From: an uncultured Chloroflexia bacterium
Lineage (GTDB): Bacteria > Chloroflexota > Dehalococcoidia > SZUA-161
DNA: 64,000 nucleotides
Assembly: GCA_963847595.1 (NCBI GenBank)
Contig: CAWKAJ010000003.1
Location: forward strand, 36,979-100,978
Direction: 5' to 3'
Shown here: piece after piece, positions 45,126 to 57,179 of the stretch
Position numbering within the stretch: the first letter of the stretch is position 1
Layout: every line of letters starts with the position of its first letter
Notes under the pieces: model-generated
The model's input: the letters and a program-made list of their open reading frames with translations, nothing else
Told to the model about the DNA's origin: nothing
Database searches by the model: none
Position numbers and translations under genes: made by a program

Positions 45126-48100
45126 TTTACACCCCTTGACCCCGGATTTATTAAAGCTGCTTCGGCAACAAGCTGGTCTTCGAATACTATCGGTATCTCT
45201 ACCACAAAAGTGGCACCTTGTCCGAGTTTGCTCCTGGCATATATACGTCCGCCATGAGCTTCCACAAGCCCATAGCAGATGCTCAGACCCAGCCCTGTCC
45301 CCTTGCCTACCTCTTTGGTGGTAAAGAACGGGTCAAATATCCTCTTGATGTTCTCCTCTGAGATACCCGGGCCATCGTCAACAAAGCTAATCTGGATCAT
45401 ATCTCTGACCTTTTGTGTTTTTACCACAAGCCTCCCCTTCCCATGCGCCTCTACCATCGCCTGCTCAGCGTTATTGATAATGTTTACGAATACCTGCTGC
45501 ATCTGGTGGAAGTCAGCCAGGGTTTTGGGAAGATCAGGGGCGAGTTCCACCACTAGCTCTATATTGTTGACCTTCATCGGATGAGCTTGCAGTTCCAGAG
45601 TCTTTTCGACAGCTTCGTTAAGCGAGATAAGGTGCTTCTCAGGCTCGTGTCTGCGAGCAAAGGAAAGCAGGTTCTGGGTTATTTTGGCGGCACGCTGCGA
45701 CTCTCGGTAGATGGTATCGAGGTCTTTCCTGGTGGTCTCATCCAAGTCTTTCCTTGCTGCCAGGAATTGGGCAAAACCCTGGATGGCTGCGATGGGATTG
45801 TTCAGCTCGTGGCCAACACCCGCTGCCAACTCGCCAACCGCAGCCAGACGGCTGGCAAGGCGAAGCTGTTCCTCCATTTTCTGCTTCTCGTCTTCCATCC
45901 GCTTGCGCTCGGTGATGTCAGTTAAGAAGTTCAGTGTAGCCGGCTTGCCCTCCCAGGTGAACGCGACCGCGCTGATGTCCACCCACCTGAGATTCCCTGT
46001 TTTGTCTACAACCCTGAAAGAGTAAACGGGCGGCACTTCCTTCCCCTCCAGCCTCGCCATATGGCGTCCTACTACCATGGCCCGGTCTTCAGAGTGTATA
46101 AACTCAATGAAAGGTTTGGAAGCTAACTCTTCGCGAGAGTAACCAAGAATCTCTATTACTCTGGTGTTGAAAAACCTGAGCATGCCGTCCTGAGCCACCA
46201 AAATGGCTTCACTGGCGTTCTCTACAAGCAAACGATACCTTTCCTCTGATATTCTGAGCACCTCCTCAGCCTTTTTACGCTCGGTAATATCTCTGATTGA
46301 AGACAAAACAGCTGGTTTGCCTCCGTATTCAATTCTGGTGCCTATGCCGCTTACCCATATCTCCCTGCCATCTTTCGTGATCACCCGAAATTCGTGGACC
46401 TCTTGTTCACTTTCCCCCAACGCGTCTTCCATAAGAAATCCGAGGACTTGTTCTCTATCGTCGGGATGAACCAAATCTAATGGATTTATTCCGATGGCAT
46501 TTTCTGCAGAAGCAAACCCACACATCTTTGCGGCATTTTGATTGGCTAGCACTATCTTCACCGTTTCTATATCGGTAACAAACATACCGTCAATGGTGCC
46601 CTCAAACAAGACTCTATAGTTGTGCTCGCTCTGTCTCAGGGCATTCTCCATCCGCTTGCGCTCAGTTATGTCACGGACAACCGCCATATACCCTATCGGT
46701 TCTCCGCTTCTATCCTTCATCACTGAGACGTTGGCCTCAACAAGAATCTTTCTACCATCCTTTGTAACGCAATGATACTCTACATATATTGAACCGCCTT
46801 CTGCCATTCCTTTTGCTATCTTCTCAGTCAGCATCTCATGGTCTTCAGGGGCGATTAATTCCAGGGCTAGTCTTCCAATTAAATCTTCTCTGTTATCCAT
46901 CCCATGCATTTTCAGGGTTGCCTCGTTTGCTTCTATAATTCTTCCTTCCAGGTCGCTGATAACAATGCTGTCCTTAGACATTTTCACTGCGTCCGAAAGG
47001 AGGCGCAATTCCTGCTCCATCTTCTTGCGCTCGGTAATGTCGCGAGTGACTCCCAGAATACCCACAGGTTTCCCCTCTGCATCGCGCAGCAGATTCACCA
47101 TCATCTCGACAGGAACTAAGTGGCCATCCTTATGCTTTGTCTCAACTTCCAACACAAGAGACGTGGGCAAGCTTCTGTCTCCCTCTTTCTCCGCAGCCAT
47201 CCCCTCTGCAAAAGCCCTCATAAGTTTCTCGTAGGAAGCGGGCGTCAAGCCCTCCTCCAGCGTTATGGCCATTGCCTCCTCAACGCTGTAGCCCAGCAAA
47301 TGAGTGACAGATGGACTGACATAGGTTAAACGCAGATTCATATCAATGACTGAGATAACATCCTTCACATTCTCAGCCAGTAAACGGTATTGCGCCTCAC
47401 TCGCTTGCAGGGCCTCCAGTGCCAGTTTACGCCCACTGATGTCTCTCAGGCTGCCAACTATCGCCACTGGCATGTTTGCGTCATCGTATACCGCCGAACG
47501 GTTATCGTTTACCCAGCGATAGCCTAGCTCTTTGTGTTTAACCCGATACTCAACAGATAGAACTTGGGTCTTTCCTTGCGTGATCAAATCGATGATATTC
47601 TGTTGCAGCTTTTCTGCATCGTCGGGATGCACCAAAGAGATTAGTTCATCTGAATCAAGTGCTTGGAACTCCTCTGGACCATATCCGAGCACTTGCTTCG
47701 ATGCTGGACTTACATACTCATATCTACCGGTCTGGAGATTCATGCTGTATATCATGTCGAGAGAATTATCGAGAACGTTGCGGAATTTCTCCTCGCTTTC
47801 CCTTAGTGACTCCTCCATCCGCTTGCGCTCGGTTATATCTCTCATGACAGCAACAAGGCCAAAGAGTTGTCCTTTCAAAAGGAAAGGCCCAACATTGATT
47901 TCAAGGCTCATTTTCGTGCCTGATTTAGTACACACTTCGCATTCAAAGGCAGTGACCTCTTTGCCTGACAATATCATGTCCCTGGCAGAGGCCATTCGTT
48001 CAATGCTCTCTGGGGTAAACATCTGGAGAAGGTCAAAGGGTTTGCCAGAGAGCTCCTCTGTGTCATAACCGCCTACTACCAACACTCTCTTATTAACCCT

Positions 48101-49390
48101 GACAAGTCTACCCTCAAGATCCAACAAAGCTATACCATTCATCGAAGAATCGAAAATCGCTTGAAGCTCTTCCTGTGATTCGCGCAATGCCTCCTCGGCC
48201 TTCTTGCGCTCGGTGATGTCACGGGTGACGCCTAGAAACCCGGTAGGGTGACCGTCCGGGTCGCGCAAAAAATTAACTTTCATCTCGACTGGCACTATAG
48301 AGCCGTCCTTGTGTATTAACTCAACCTCCAGCACGGTCGCCGCAGACAGATCCCTTTGCCCCTCCTCTGCAGCTATTACCTTTGAAAAAGCGTTCTTAAC
48401 AACCTCTAAAGAGGCAGGAGTCATGGATTCCTCCAGACTCGAGGACATCACTTCCTCAACACTGTAGCCTGACATTTGTGTCACAGAGGGGCTGACATAC
48501 GTCGTACGCAGATTCATATCACGAATCCAGATGATATCCTTAACATTCTCAGCAAGCATACGATAGCGCTGTTCACTCTGGCGTAGCGCCTCCTCTGCCT
48601 TCTTACGCTCGGTGATTTCGCGTGTCACTCCTAACACTTCACTGAGCTTTCCGTCTTTATCCCACAAGAACGACAACATGACCTCAGCCCAGAGGGTGGA
48701 GCCGTCTTTACGCACGTGCTCCAGGGTCAGAGAAAGCGATGGATGTTGTGACCCAGGAGTCATGATATCCATTTGATTCCGGATGAACTTGCTGGCCTGC
48801 TTAAGTGAATCCGGGGTTAAAATATCCGTTATCGCCAGCCTCTTCATCTCTTCAACCGTATAGCCCAGCATGCGCTTGACAGACGGGCTGACATAGGTTA
48901 TTTTCCATTTCATATTAGCAGTCCAGATTAGGTCTGCAGCGTTGTCGGCAAGTAGCCGGTAACGGGATTCACTCTCACGCAATGCTACTCGTAGGTGTTG
49001 CCGTTCGATGGCGTAGTGCAGGGAACGCACCAATAAGGCGCTATCAACACTGCCTTTGACCAGATAATCTTGCGCACCCTCCTGCACTGCATTGATCGCA
49101 ACCGCCTCGTCGCTTAGGCCGCTCAACACCACGACCGGCACTTTGGGCACTTGCGTACATATCTTGTTGAGGCCCTCAAGACCATGGCTGTCCGGCAGCG
49201 AGAGATCCAATAGAATCACATCTACGCCCCCTTGGGCAAGTCGAGCCAGCCCCGTCGAGAGATGGTCAGCGTGTTCTAATAAGAATGAAGCGCCCTCTTC
49301 TGTGCCAAGCAACTCCCCTATAAGACGGGCGTCCCCGGGATTATCCTCTATCAGCAATATTCTGATTTTTTCATCTTCCACTTCCATCAC
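45104..49390 (-). CDS. hybrid sensor histidine kinase: REC + 8 PAS/PAC + HisKA + HATPase
   Basis: Eight repeats ending in a DITERK-like motif. HELNNP, N box, DDGPG, FFTTK, GTGLGL. Confidence 0.95.
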   Translation of the reverse strand: MMEVEDEKIRILLIEDNPGDARLIGELLGTEEGASFLLEHADHLSTGLARLAQGGVDVILLDLSLPDSHGLEGLNKICTQVPKVPVVVLSGLSDEAVAINAVQEGAQDYLVKGSVDSALLVRSLHYAIERQHLRVALRESESRYRLLADNAADLIWTANMKWKITYVSPSVKRMLGYTVEEMKRLAITDILTPDSLKQASKFIRNQMDIMTPGSQHPSLSLTLEHVRKDGSTLWAEVMLSFLWDKDGKLSEVLGVTREITERKKAEEALRQSEQRYRMLAENVKDIIWIRDMNLRTTYVSPSVTQMSGYSVEEVMSSSLEESMTPASLEVVKNAFSKVIAAEEGQRDLSAATVLEVELIHKDGSIVPVEMKVNFLRDPDGHPTGFLGVTRDITERKKAEEALRESQEELQAIFDSSMNGIALLDLEGRLVRVNKRVLVVGGYDTEELSGKPFDLLQMFTPESIERMASARDMILSGKEVTAFECEVCTKSGTKMSLEINVGPFLLKGQLFGLVAVMRDITERKRMEESLRESEEKFRNVLDNSLDMIYSMNLQTGRYEYVSPASKQVLGYGPEEFQALDSDELISLVHPDDAEKLQQNIIDLITQGKTQVLSVEYRVKHKELGYRWVNDNRSAVYDDANMPVAIVGSLRDISGRKLALEALQASEAQYRLLAENVKDVISVIDMNLRLTYVSPSVTHLLGYSVEEAMAITLEEGLTPASYEKLMRAFAEGMAAEKEGDRSLPTSLVLEVETKHKDGHLVPVEMMVNLLRDAEGKPVGILGVTRDITERKKMEQELRLLSDAVKMSKDSIVISDLEGRIIEANEATLKMHGMDNREDLIGRLALELIAPEDHEMLTEKIAKGMAEGGSIYVEYHCVTKDGRKILVEANVSVMKDRSGEPIGYMAVVRDITERKRMENALRQSEHNYRVLFEGTIDGMFVTDIETVKIVLANQNAAKMCGFASAENAIGINPLDLVHPDDREQVLGFLMEDALGESEQEVHEFRVITKDGREIWVSGIGTRIEYGGKPAVLSSIRDITERKKAEEVLRISEERYRLLVENASEAILVAQDGMLRFFNTRVIEILGYSREELASKPFIEFIHSEDRAMVVGRHMARLEGKEVPPVYSFRVVDKTGNLRWVDISAVAFTWEGKPATLNFLTDITERKRMEDEKQKMEEQLRLASRLAAVGELAAGVGHELNNPIAAIQGFAQFLAARKDLDETTRKDLDTIYRESQRAAKITQNLLSFARRHEPEKHLISLNEAVEKTLELQAHPMKVNNIELVVELAPDLPKTLADFHQMQQVFVNIINNAEQAMVEAHGKGRLVVKTQKVRDMIQISFVDDGPGISEENIKRIFDPFFTTKEVGKGTGLGLSICYGLVEAHGGRIYARSKLGQGATFVVEIPIVFEDQLVAEAALINPGSRGVKWKKPKG

Positions 49391-49835
49391 CCCCTGTTGG
49401 CAGCTTCACAATGGTGAGCCAGAAGTCGCCGATCGACTTGACCACTTCAAGAAACTGGTCCAAATCAACCGGCTTCGTAACAAAGCAGTTCGCGTGCAAT
49501 TCATAGCTCTTCACGATATCCTCTTCAGATTTTGAGGTGGTCAGTATCACGACCGGTATATGCCTGATTTTTTCGTTAGCCTTAATCGACGCCAGAACCT
49601 CACGTCCATCCTTTTTAGGTAGATTCAGGTCAAGCAGAATCAGGTCGGGCGAAGGAACGTTGGCGTACTTACCATCCCGATTCAGGAAAGCCAGAGCCTG
49701 TATTCCATCGAACACTGTATGTATCTGATTACAAACCTTAGCCTCACGAAAGGCTTCCACGGTCAGACGTACATCGCCGGGATTGTCCTCAACCAATAAA
49801 ATCTCGATAGGTCTGCCCAGTTCTAAGATGTTCAT
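49371..49835 (-). CDS. single-domain response regulator (Rcp1-like)
   Basis: [21 protein letters not shown] and FW motifs. Confidence 0.93.
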   Translation of the reverse strand: MNILELGRPIEILLVEDNPGDVRLTVEAFREAKVCNQIHTVFDGIQALAFLNRDGKYANVPSPDLILLDLNLPKKDGREVLASIKANEKIRHIPVVILTTSKSEEDIVKSYELHANCFVTKPVDLDQFLEVVKSIGDFWLTIVKLPTGGDGSGR

Positions 49836-52800
49836 GTCTTCTCCTCACTTCCGATAGGTAGTGTGAAATAGAATGTGGCGCCCTTTCCAGGTTGTGATTC
49901 AACCCAGATACGCCCATTGTGGCGCTCTATGATTTTCTTGCATATTGCTAGCCCTATCCCTGTGCCAGGGTATTCCCCTCTGCCATGCAGGCGGTGGAAG
50001 ATAACAAAGATGCGATCAAAATACTGGGGGTCTATGCCAATGCCATTGTCGCGTACCGAGAAAATCCACTCGGTACCATTACGCTCTGCTTTTACGTGCA
50101 CTGTAGGTTTTTCATCGCTATGGAACTTGATGGCGTTGCCCACCAGGTTCTGGAACAACCTAACCATCTGGCTGTCATCAGCCATAACAGTCGGCAAGTT
50201 ATCATGGGTTACCGTTGCATCATTTTCTTTGATAGAAGCCTGTAAATTAGCGATTGCTTGATTAAGGCTTTCCTCACAACTGGTCGGGCCGAAGGGTTTG
50301 CCGCGTGTGCCCACCCTCGAGTAGTCCAGCAACGCATTGATGAGCTGCTGCATTCTGGTAGCGCCGTCCACGGCATAGCCGATAAACTCATCGGCATCGG
50401 CATCGAGTTTGCCTTTGTAGCGACGCGCCAGGAGCTGAGTATAGCCAGCTACCATGCGCAACGGCTCTTGTAAGTCGTGAGACGCCACGTAGGCAAACCT
50501 CTCCAGTTCGGCATTGGAGCGCACCAGTTCCGCCATTGTCTGCTTCAACAGCTTCTCCACCTGCCTGGACTCGGTGACATCTCTCAATGAAAGCAAGACC
50601 GCGACTCTTCCCTGAAATTCAATCCTTGTGGCAAGGGAGCTTATCAATATTTCTCTGCCGTCCCTCGTCTTCGCTCTAACATCGTATGTCTGACGCCGGT
50701 CGTGCTGATATAGGTCTTCTAAAAATCCCTTTATAACTATCTCTCTGTCCTCAGGGTGGATATAATCAAGTAGGTTTACCCCGACTCCGTCGTGTAGTAC
50801 GGGATCGAAGCCAAACATCAGCGAAGAACGCCGGTTACCAAAGACGACCTTCAGCGTCTCGGCATCGACAACGATGATGCTGTCATGCGTGCTTTCCAAC
50901 AAGATTAGATAGTCTTGCTCTCTTTGGCGCAACTCTTCCTGCACCAGTCTGCTTTCATTGATGTCTCTCAAAATGCCGACGAGTAACACCGGACTATTTG
51001 TTTCATCGTATATCACTGAACGGCTGTCACTAACCCAGCGATACCCTAGCTCCTTGTGCTTCATCCGATACTGGATACTGGAGCCCGTAGCTCCTTTGGA
51101 AGCGAGCAATTCGATGACATTTTCGTCCATCTTTTGCAGATCATCAGGATGCATAGCAGCCCTGGTCTCTTCGAGGCTCCGTTGCATCACCTCTTCTGGA
51201 GTGTAGCCGAGTATTTTTTCCGATGACGGACTCACGTACTCATATCTGCCAGTTTGAAGGTTCAAGCTATATATCAAGTCGACAGAATTGTCGAGCACGC
51301 TGCGGAATCTTCCCTCGCTTTGCCGGAGTGCCTTTTCCATCTGAACTCTCTCGGTGATGTCATGCATGATGGCACTGAATCCAAGGGTCTCATTTTCCTG
51401 CACCAGCGCAGTAGGGCTTGAATATAGCCACAGAATGCGCCCATCCCTGTGAGTTGTCCTAAACTCCAGGGTAGGATGTTTATCTTGACCTGTGAGTCCC
51501 TCCACGAATAGCTCGAGTAATCGCGGTCCGTCATCGGGATGCACGAAGTCGGCGAAGTTCCTGCCTATTAATTCTTTTTGAGAATACCCGACCATATTAC
51601 AGAGCGCTTCATTGACAAGGACAAAGTCTCCTTTCAAGTCTATGATGGCCACTGCACTGCTTGCCGTCTCAAATAGGCTTCGATATCTGGCTTCGCTCTC
51701 AGCGACTTCTTCCTCGATACGCTGGCGCTCTGTGATGTCTCGGGCGACCGCTATCAACTCAATCGGCTCAGTGCCCTCTATCTGCGAGATGGTATATTCG
51801 ACGTCTACAAGGCTTCCGTTCTTTCTCTTTACTCGGTGTGCACCACGGAAGTATGCTTGTTCCTTTATTGCCCCGGCGACTTCTTCAATGAATTTCGAGT
51901 GGCTCACACCCTCGGGGAAAAGGAAAGTTACTTCCTTGCCAATAAGTTCATCTCTCTTGTAGCCGTATATCTCTTCTACCCTGTCGTTGCACCAGGTAAT
52001 TACTTTACCTTTTAACTTAAAAACCGCGTCAGTGAGGCTTTTAACCAGCGTGGAGTAATGCTCCTCGGATTGTCGTAGGGCCTCTTGGGCCTTTATGCGC
52101 TCGGTAATGTTACGTACTATAATAAGGTCAGCAGGCCTTCCCCCGTATGTAATCACGCCTGCGTTTAGTTCAACGTCTACTCTGCTGCCGTCACTGTGCA
52201 GAAGCGCTGTCTCATATATCGATTCGACAGGCTCACCTGCCATCCGTCGCTCGTAGCGATAGATATCTCTCTGAAGCTCGTCGGGGTGAACATACTCTGT
52301 GATTGGAGTGCCAATCATCCGATTAGGCGGATACCCGAGCATTTCTGACGAACGAGTGTTGATATATTTGATAATCGTGTCCTGGACTATGGCAATCATG
52401 TCGTTAGCTCGCTCGACTACATCGCGATATTTTGCCTCACTCTCGCGCAGTGCTTCCTCCATCTGCCTGCGCTTAGTGATGTCCCTCATAACCACAGAAA
52501 CCGCAGGCCTACCTGCATAATAGATGCGCCGGGATCCAAACTCGACTGTAACTGTTGTTCCGTCGTTCCTGGTCAATGTTGTCTCATATTGTTGAGGCAC
52601 AGCTTCTCCGCGGAGTCTCCTTGTATACCACTCTGATAGCACTTTTACGTCTTTAGGTGGCAGGAGTTCCTCGACAGTTCTGCCCGTTGCCTCTTCGACA
52701 GAATACCCGAACATCTCGGCGCTACGGGCATTGGCAAAGACTACTCTGAAGTTCTGAACCACGAAATACGCATCGTTCATGTCTTCTACCAAACGCTTGA

Positions 52801-53182
52801 ACTTCTCCTCAGATTCCTGCAGCTCATCATGGGAACGCTCTAACGATTCCAGCATACTGTTGATCTCGTCTGCTAAACTAGACAATTCGCCCTTGCCTGC
52901 CGCCGACACTCGCACTGACAGGGCTTTGCTTTTGCCTATACTGCTGACACTTGAGCCGAGGCGAGATAGCGGAGACAGTACCAATTTGTCTAATAGGACA
53001 TTGACTACCCCGATAAATACCAGACCGGCTCCCAGGAGGAAACAGAAAAAATAAAGCAGGGTGGCTTGTCCTTGGTGAGAGGCGTTTCTTAGAAAGATGC
53101 TTTCCGAGACTGCAAACATAATCAAGAGCAGTCCAACCAGGGTTGCCCCGATGATGACTAGAGTCTTCCTACGCAGGGTCAT
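49832..53182 (-). CDS. membrane-anchored histidine kinase: 2 TM + HAMP + 6 PAS + HisKA + HATPase
   Basis: SHDLQEPLR (Cph1-type H box), DNGIG, GTGIGL. Six PAS/PAC repeats. Confidence 0.95.
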   Translation of the reverse strand: MTLRRKTLVIIGATLVGLLLIMFAVSESIFLRNASHQGQATLLYFFCFLLGAGLVFIGVVNVLLDKLVLSPLSRLGSSVSSIGKSKALSVRVSAAGKGELSSLADEINSMLESLERSHDELQESEEKFKRLVEDMNDAYFVVQNFRVVFANARSAEMFGYSVEEATGRTVEELLPPKDVKVLSEWYTRRLRGEAVPQQYETTLTRNDGTTVTVEFGSRRIYYAGRPAVSVVMRDITKRRQMEEALRESEAKYRDVVERANDMIAIVQDTIIKYINTRSSEMLGYPPNRMIGTPITEYVHPDELQRDIYRYERRMAGEPVESIYETALLHSDGSRVDVELNAGVITYGGRPADLIIVRNITERIKAQEALRQSEEHYSTLVKSLTDAVFKLKGKVITWCNDRVEEIYGYKRDELIGKEVTFLFPEGVSHSKFIEEVAGAIKEQAYFRGAHRVKRKNGSLVDVEYTISQIEGTEPIELIAVARDITERQRIEEEVAESEARYRSLFETASSAVAIIDLKGDFVLVNEALCNMVGYSQKELIGRNFADFVHPDDGPRLLELFVEGLTGQDKHPTLEFRTTHRDGRILWLYSSPTALVQENETLGFSAIMHDITERVQMEKALRQSEGRFRSVLDNSVDLIYSLNLQTGRYEYVSPSSEKILGYTPEEVMQRSLEETRAAMHPDDLQKMDENVIELLASKGATGSSIQYRMKHKELGYRWVSDSRSVIYDETNSPVLLVGILRDINESRLVQEELRQREQDYLILLESTHDSIIVVDAETLKVVFGNRRSSLMFGFDPVLHDGVGVNLLDYIHPEDREIVIKGFLEDLYQHDRRQTYDVRAKTRDGREILISSLATRIEFQGRVAVLLSLRDVTESRQVEKLLKQTMAELVRSNAELERFAYVASHDLQEPLRMVAGYTQLLARRYKGKLDADADEFIGYAVDGATRMQQLINALLDYSRVGTRGKPFGPTSCEESLNQAIANLQASIKENDATVTHDNLPTVMADDSQMVRLFQNLVGNAIKFHSDEKPTVHVKAERNGTEWIFSVRDNGIGIDPQYFDRIFVIFHRLHGRGEYPGTGIGLAICKKIIERHNGRIWVESQPGKGATFYFTLPIGSEEKT

Positions 53183-53440
53183 AGTTTGCCCTCTTAGTCT
53201 TTGTTTTACCAGTCATTCGTTCTCTAACCACTTAAAATCTATGGTTCACGAGCTTCTATTTCGGCACGTTAGAATCCGATACTTGAATACGCGACTGTCT
53301 CGTTCAAACATTAGCTCACTCGCTATCGTATGTATATGGTTATTTAGTGGCGTTAGTGATGGGAAAATAGTACCTGAATCGAGCGTTTGGGATTTAGGGC
53401 TTTGAGATTAGGACTTATTGCAGGGGATGCAGGCAATGGA

Positions 53441-54316
53441 CTAGAGGCACGTGGCGTATCCGATTAGCTTGTAGGCTAGTTTGGCAGCGAGAAAAGCGCA
53501 TGAGGTTGGCCCCTCTTGAGGGCAGAGCTCCATCAGGTCGAAGCCGATGATTTTTTTGCTGGTAGCTACCGCTCGCAACAGGTCCAGCACCTGCTGCCAG
53601 CTCAAGCCCCCGGGTTCGGGGGTGCCCACCGCTGACATGATCGAGGGGTCGAAGACATCGAGGTCGACAGATACATATACTTTAGATGATAGTGCAGAGA
53701 TCACCTTAGGTATAAAATCAGGGCTGTTCGAAGCTTCAGCATAGAACGGCTCCTTTTTCTGCTGTTGCAGAAACTTATGCTCCTCCAAACTAAAGCTGCG
53801 GATGCCTGCCTGCACGACAGGGCAAATCTCCCATACCCGGCGCATCACGGAAGCGTTGCCGTACCTCGTCCCTTGGTACTGGTCGCGGAGGTCAGCGTGT
53901 GCATCCAATTGCAGCACTGAGAGCTCGGGGTACTTTTCGTGAAAAGCCTTGACCGCACCCAGGGTCAGCGAATGCTCACCACCCAACATAGCCCACAGCT
54001 TGTCTTTTTCAATCAGATACTTCGCTATTCCGTAAACCCGCTCCACCATAAACTCTGGGCCGCTCACCAAAGGTTGTAGTTCAGGCAGGGTGTGGATACC
54101 TACCTCACTGATCTCTCGATCCAACTCAGCGTCGTATAGCTCCAGGTATTGTGAGGTATCGATGATAGCCTGTGGCCCCTCTCGAGCTCCGCTCTTATAC
54201 TCGGCGGTGCCGTCGTAGGGCACCGGGACAATTACGACCTTCGCTGTATCGAAGGGCGCAACTTGGAGAGGTATGCCAGCAAAGCTGCGTGGGGGTAAGA
54301 ACAGCTCATCAGTCAA
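53441..54316 (-). CDS. speB: agmatinase
   Basis: GGEH, DAHAD, DLDVFDP and GTPEPGG motifs. Confidence 0.93.
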   Translation of the reverse strand: MTDELFLPPRSFAGIPLQVAPFDTAKVVIVPVPYDGTAEYKSGAREGPQAIIDTSQYLELYDAELDREISEVGIHTLPELQPLVSGPEFMVERVYGIAKYLIEKDKLWAMLGGEHSLTLGAVKAFHEKYPELSVLQLDAHADLRDQYQGTRYGNASVMRRVWEICPVVQAGIRSFSLEEHKFLQQQKKEPFYAEASNSPDFIPKVISALSSKVYVSVDLDVFDPSIMSAVGTPEPGGLSWQQVLDLLRAVATSKKIIGFDLMELCPQEGPTSCAFLAAKLAYKLIGYATCL

Positions 54317-54344
54317 TTTGTATACCTAATACAAGCGGAGTATC

Positions 54345-54743
54345 TCACCTGCTGCTTGCCGAGTCCAAGACCAGAGAAGGCTGCTGATTATTGGAAAATT
54401 CGAGGCCTCGGTTGAGGATATAGCTCCTTACCTCGGTCAGACCGAAATTCTGTTTGAATCCCTTGATAGCTCGTTCTGCGTCGAACTCTTTGCAGGAGAA
54501 AACATCGATATTAATGTAGAATTTCTCAGGAAAGGTGTGTATGCTGATATGGCTCTCGGCAATGAGAACAAAGCCGGAAACCCCCCAGTCCTCGGGTTTG
54601 GAGCCAACATATTTGGAGACATGCGGGGTTGAGATTTTCGTCATCCCGATTTCAGAAGGATAGCCGTCGAGTATTTTATAGATAAATTCGACATCCTGCA
54701 TCTTCTGGGGATCGCCTCCGTAACCATCGATAATCAGGTGCAT
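54345..54743 (-). CDS. speD: pyruvoyl-dependent S-adenosylmethionine decarboxylase-family proenzyme (substrate uncertain)
   Basis: AESHISIHTFPE autocleavage motif and DVFSC. Confidence 0.85.
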   Translation of the reverse strand: MHLIIDGYGGDPQKMQDVEFIYKILDGYPSEIGMTKISTPHVSKYVGSKPEDWGVSGFVLIAESHISIHTFPEKFYINIDVFSCKEFDAERAIKGFKQNFGLTEVRSYILNRGLEFSNNQQPSLVLDSASSR

Positions 54744-54846
54744 TGTTCCCACCCCCTTCTAGGTTATCTAGACAAAAAATCACCACCTTCCCCTTGCACG
54801 GTGGTTGAAATCTAGTTTTTTTCCTTCTGTTTGAGATTTAAGAAGC

Positions 54847-55038
54847 CTACCGCTCAGCAGCTACTTTGTCCAGGAGCTTCCCCTCGTACCACTTGTCGAG
54901 GTCCTCTTTTCTGATCCGATATGCTTTCCCAATCTTTGCCGCTGGGAGTCTGCGGTCGCGACACCATCTTTGCGCAGTACCCTTGCTTATCCTCAGTATC
55001 TTCGTTATATCATCTACCGATAATAATTCAGTTTCCAT
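54847..55038 (-). CDS. excisionase/BldC-like helix-turn-helix protein
   Basis: LPAAKIGKAYRI HTH_17 pattern. SD GAGGTG. Confidence 0.85.
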   Translation of the reverse strand: METELLSVDDITKILRISKGTAQRWCRDRRLPAAKIGKAYRIRKEDLDKWYEGKLLDKVAAER

Positions 55039-55170
55039 AATGTGGAAACCACATCACCTCCCTTGCTCACCTCAAAAGATTAGCGGTCGAAGCATATCAT
55101 ATTTTAATTGACAATGCAATACTTTAGCTGTTCTTTATGCTCAAAAGATTGGTATGGGTGCTTATAGAGG

Positions 55171-55977
55171 CTAATTGCTGCTACAAGGCTCGATCTCGGA
55201 AAGCGGCAACTCCAATACTGCTTCGCTCTCGAGCTGTATCGTGACCGTTTCTTTAATGGGATTGCCGCCTATCACTTTGCCTACGCCCAGGCGGGTGGTG
55301 ATGGTGTCACCCACAGTGGGCAGTTTCTGCTTCATGACGCGGTATTGTTCATTCTCGTAAGATAGGCAGCAGAGCAGTCGGCCACACACACCGGAGATAT
55401 TTGCCGGATTAAGAGGCAAGTTTTGTTCCCGTGCCATTCTCATGGAGATAGTTTCGAACTTGCACAAATGGCTGGCGCAACACAAAGGCCGTCCGCATCT
55501 GCCTATGCCGCCCACCAGCTTAGCGGCATCGCGAGTACCTACCTGGCGCAGCTCTACGCGGGTTTTCAAGGTGCTGGATAGCTCCCGCAGCAAAGCCCGA
55601 AAGTCAACCCTCTTCTCAGACTTGAAGTAGATGGTAAGATAGCCGCCATCGAGGTTGTACTCCGCTGAAAGGAGCTTCATGGGAAGACGGAATCTCTCCA
55701 CGAGTTCCGCACACTTGGCTAATGCCTCATCCTCTTTTCCCTTCATTCTCTTCATCTGCTCAAGGTCATCCGGCTGGGCTTTGCGCAGGACTGGCTTCAA
55801 AGGCTCGCTGAGCTCTATAGAAGTGACCTCCTTCGGAGCGATGACGATTTTCCCAATTGACGGGCCACGAGCGGTATCGACCACCACGTCATCGCCTATG
55901 GCAAGGTCTATATCTGAGGGGTCGAAATAGTATATCAATCCTGCTCGCTTGAACCTGACACCTACTACCTTACTCAA
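55171..55977 (-). CDS. ricT: PSP1/RicT (YaaT) family protein
   Basis: RVDFR, CGRPLCC and CGRLLCCL motifs. Follows holB. Confidence 0.9.
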   Translation of the reverse strand: MSKVVGVRFKRAGLIYYFDPSDIDLAIGDDVVVDTARGPSIGKIVIAPKEVTSIELSEPLKPVLRKAQPDDLEQMKRMKGKEDEALAKCAELVERFRLPMKLLSAEYNLDGGYLTIYFKSEKRVDFRALLRELSSTLKTRVELRQVGTRDAAKLVGGIGRCGRPLCCASHLCKFETISMRMAREQNLPLNPANISGVCGRLLCCLSYENEQYRVMKQKLPTVGDTITTRLGVGKVIGGNPIKETVTIQLESEAVLELPLSEIEPCSSN

Positions 55978-57029
55978 TCTGCAGACTCCAGGAGCTGTGG
56001 CACCTTATCCTTTTTCTCGCCCCTATTCGGGATGCTCAGCATCAGGACTTCCAGTACCAGTCGCGGATTTGCGTTTTGCTCCAGTTGCCCCAGGGCCTCT
56101 CGAATAGCTTCGATAAAACCCCTGATGCTGGTCACATCGTAACACTCTGCGTGATTACGCAGCACTGCTTCTTTATCAATGTTGATAATGAACTGGATGC
56201 ATCCCTCCTTAGCTAAAATGACGTCTCGCCACCACCCCAGCCATAGCTCAAGCATCTCCTCGACCGAATCCCGGTTCTTGTTAAATTGAGCCGCTAATCT
56301 GGCGGCGAAAGCGAACTGCTGTTCAAGGCTGGTGTCATTTAGACTCACAAGCTCATCCAACTTCTGGGAGCGTTCCTGAACAAGACTCTCATTATTTGAG
56401 GCGGAAACCGCCCATCCGATAGCGCCGCGGCAGAGTCTGCTTAACTTCAAGGCTTTCTCAGGCGCTGTCTGCCAGTGTTCAATCAGCGACTTTTCTATAG
56501 CCAAAGCGGGGAGCGGGAAAAGTTCAACCCTCTGGCATCGAGAGACAATTGTGGGTAGCAATCTCCCATCGTTAACCGTCAGCAGTATAAAGAGCACCTT
56601 GGGCGGCGGTTCCTCCAGCGTCTTGAGCAAGCAATTGGCTGACTCCTCGTTTAGATACTCGGCGCCATCTATAATAAACACCCTGTGCTTGCCTTCATAG
56701 GGTTGCAGCCCGGCAGACCGTTGTATCTCCTTTATCTGTGCTATGCTTATCTCCTTCTTGGTTCCGGCATCGCCGGAGTCAGCATTTGCCATGCGGCTGA
56801 TAAACTGAACGTCCGGGTGGTTTCCAGCCGCTATATGTAGACAGGAGCGGCATTGCCCACAAGGTCGTACCTCTTGTTCGCAGTTGAGTGCCTGGGCGAG
56901 ATTGATGGCCAAAGTCATTTTGCCCACATGAGGCTGGCCCACAAAAAGGTAGGCATGAGAGAGGCGCTCGCTATTCAAGCTGCGCCTCAGCAACTCTACC
57001 GCCCTGGATTGACCAATCACCTGCCACAT
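55974..57029 (-). CDS. holB: DNA polymerase III delta' subunit
   Basis: HAYLF, zinc motif, HPD, ANCLLKTLEEPP, TIVSRC. Confidence 0.95.
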   Translation of the reverse strand: MWQVIGQSRAVELLRRSLNSERLSHAYLFVGQPHVGKMTLAINLAQALNCEQEVRPCGQCRSCLHIAAGNHPDVQFISRMANADSGDAGTKKEISIAQIKEIQRSAGLQPYEGKHRVFIIDGAEYLNEESANCLLKTLEEPPPKVLFILLTVNDGRLLPTIVSRCQRVELFPLPALAIEKSLIEHWQTAPEKALKLSRLCRGAIGWAVSASNNESLVQERSQKLDELVSLNDTSLEQQFAFAARLAAQFNKNRDSVEEMLELWLGWWRDVILAKEGCIQFIINIDKEAVLRNHAECYDVTSIRGFIEAIREALGQLEQNANPRLVLEVLMLSIPNRGEKKDKVPQLLESAD

Positions 57030-57064
57030 CGCCTTGTTAACCGGGTACCCGGCAGCCCTCTATT

Positions 57065-57160
57065 TTATCCGTGCCGTCTCTGCCACCTGGTCTTCTTCAA
57101 CATCTTGCGATGTTTGTGCTTGGCCATCTTCTTGCGTCGTTTCTTGACGACCGAACTCAT
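57065..57160 (-). CDS. 31-aa basic protein, ribosomal bS22 / AURKAIP1-COX24-like (not in ORF track)
   Basis: SD GAGG. MSSVVKKRRKKMAKHKHRKMLKKTRWQRRHG matches the family pattern SVxKKRRKxMxKxKHRKxL. Confidence 0.88.
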   Translation of the reverse strand: MSSVVKKRRKKMAKHKHRKMLKKTRWQRRHG

Positions 57161-57179
57161 AAGCTTACCTCAGTCTCTA

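Noticed and set aside
54847-55038. Prophage excisionase marking an integrated element
   Set aside because: No integrase, att sites or phage genes nearby. Embedded in housekeeping genes.
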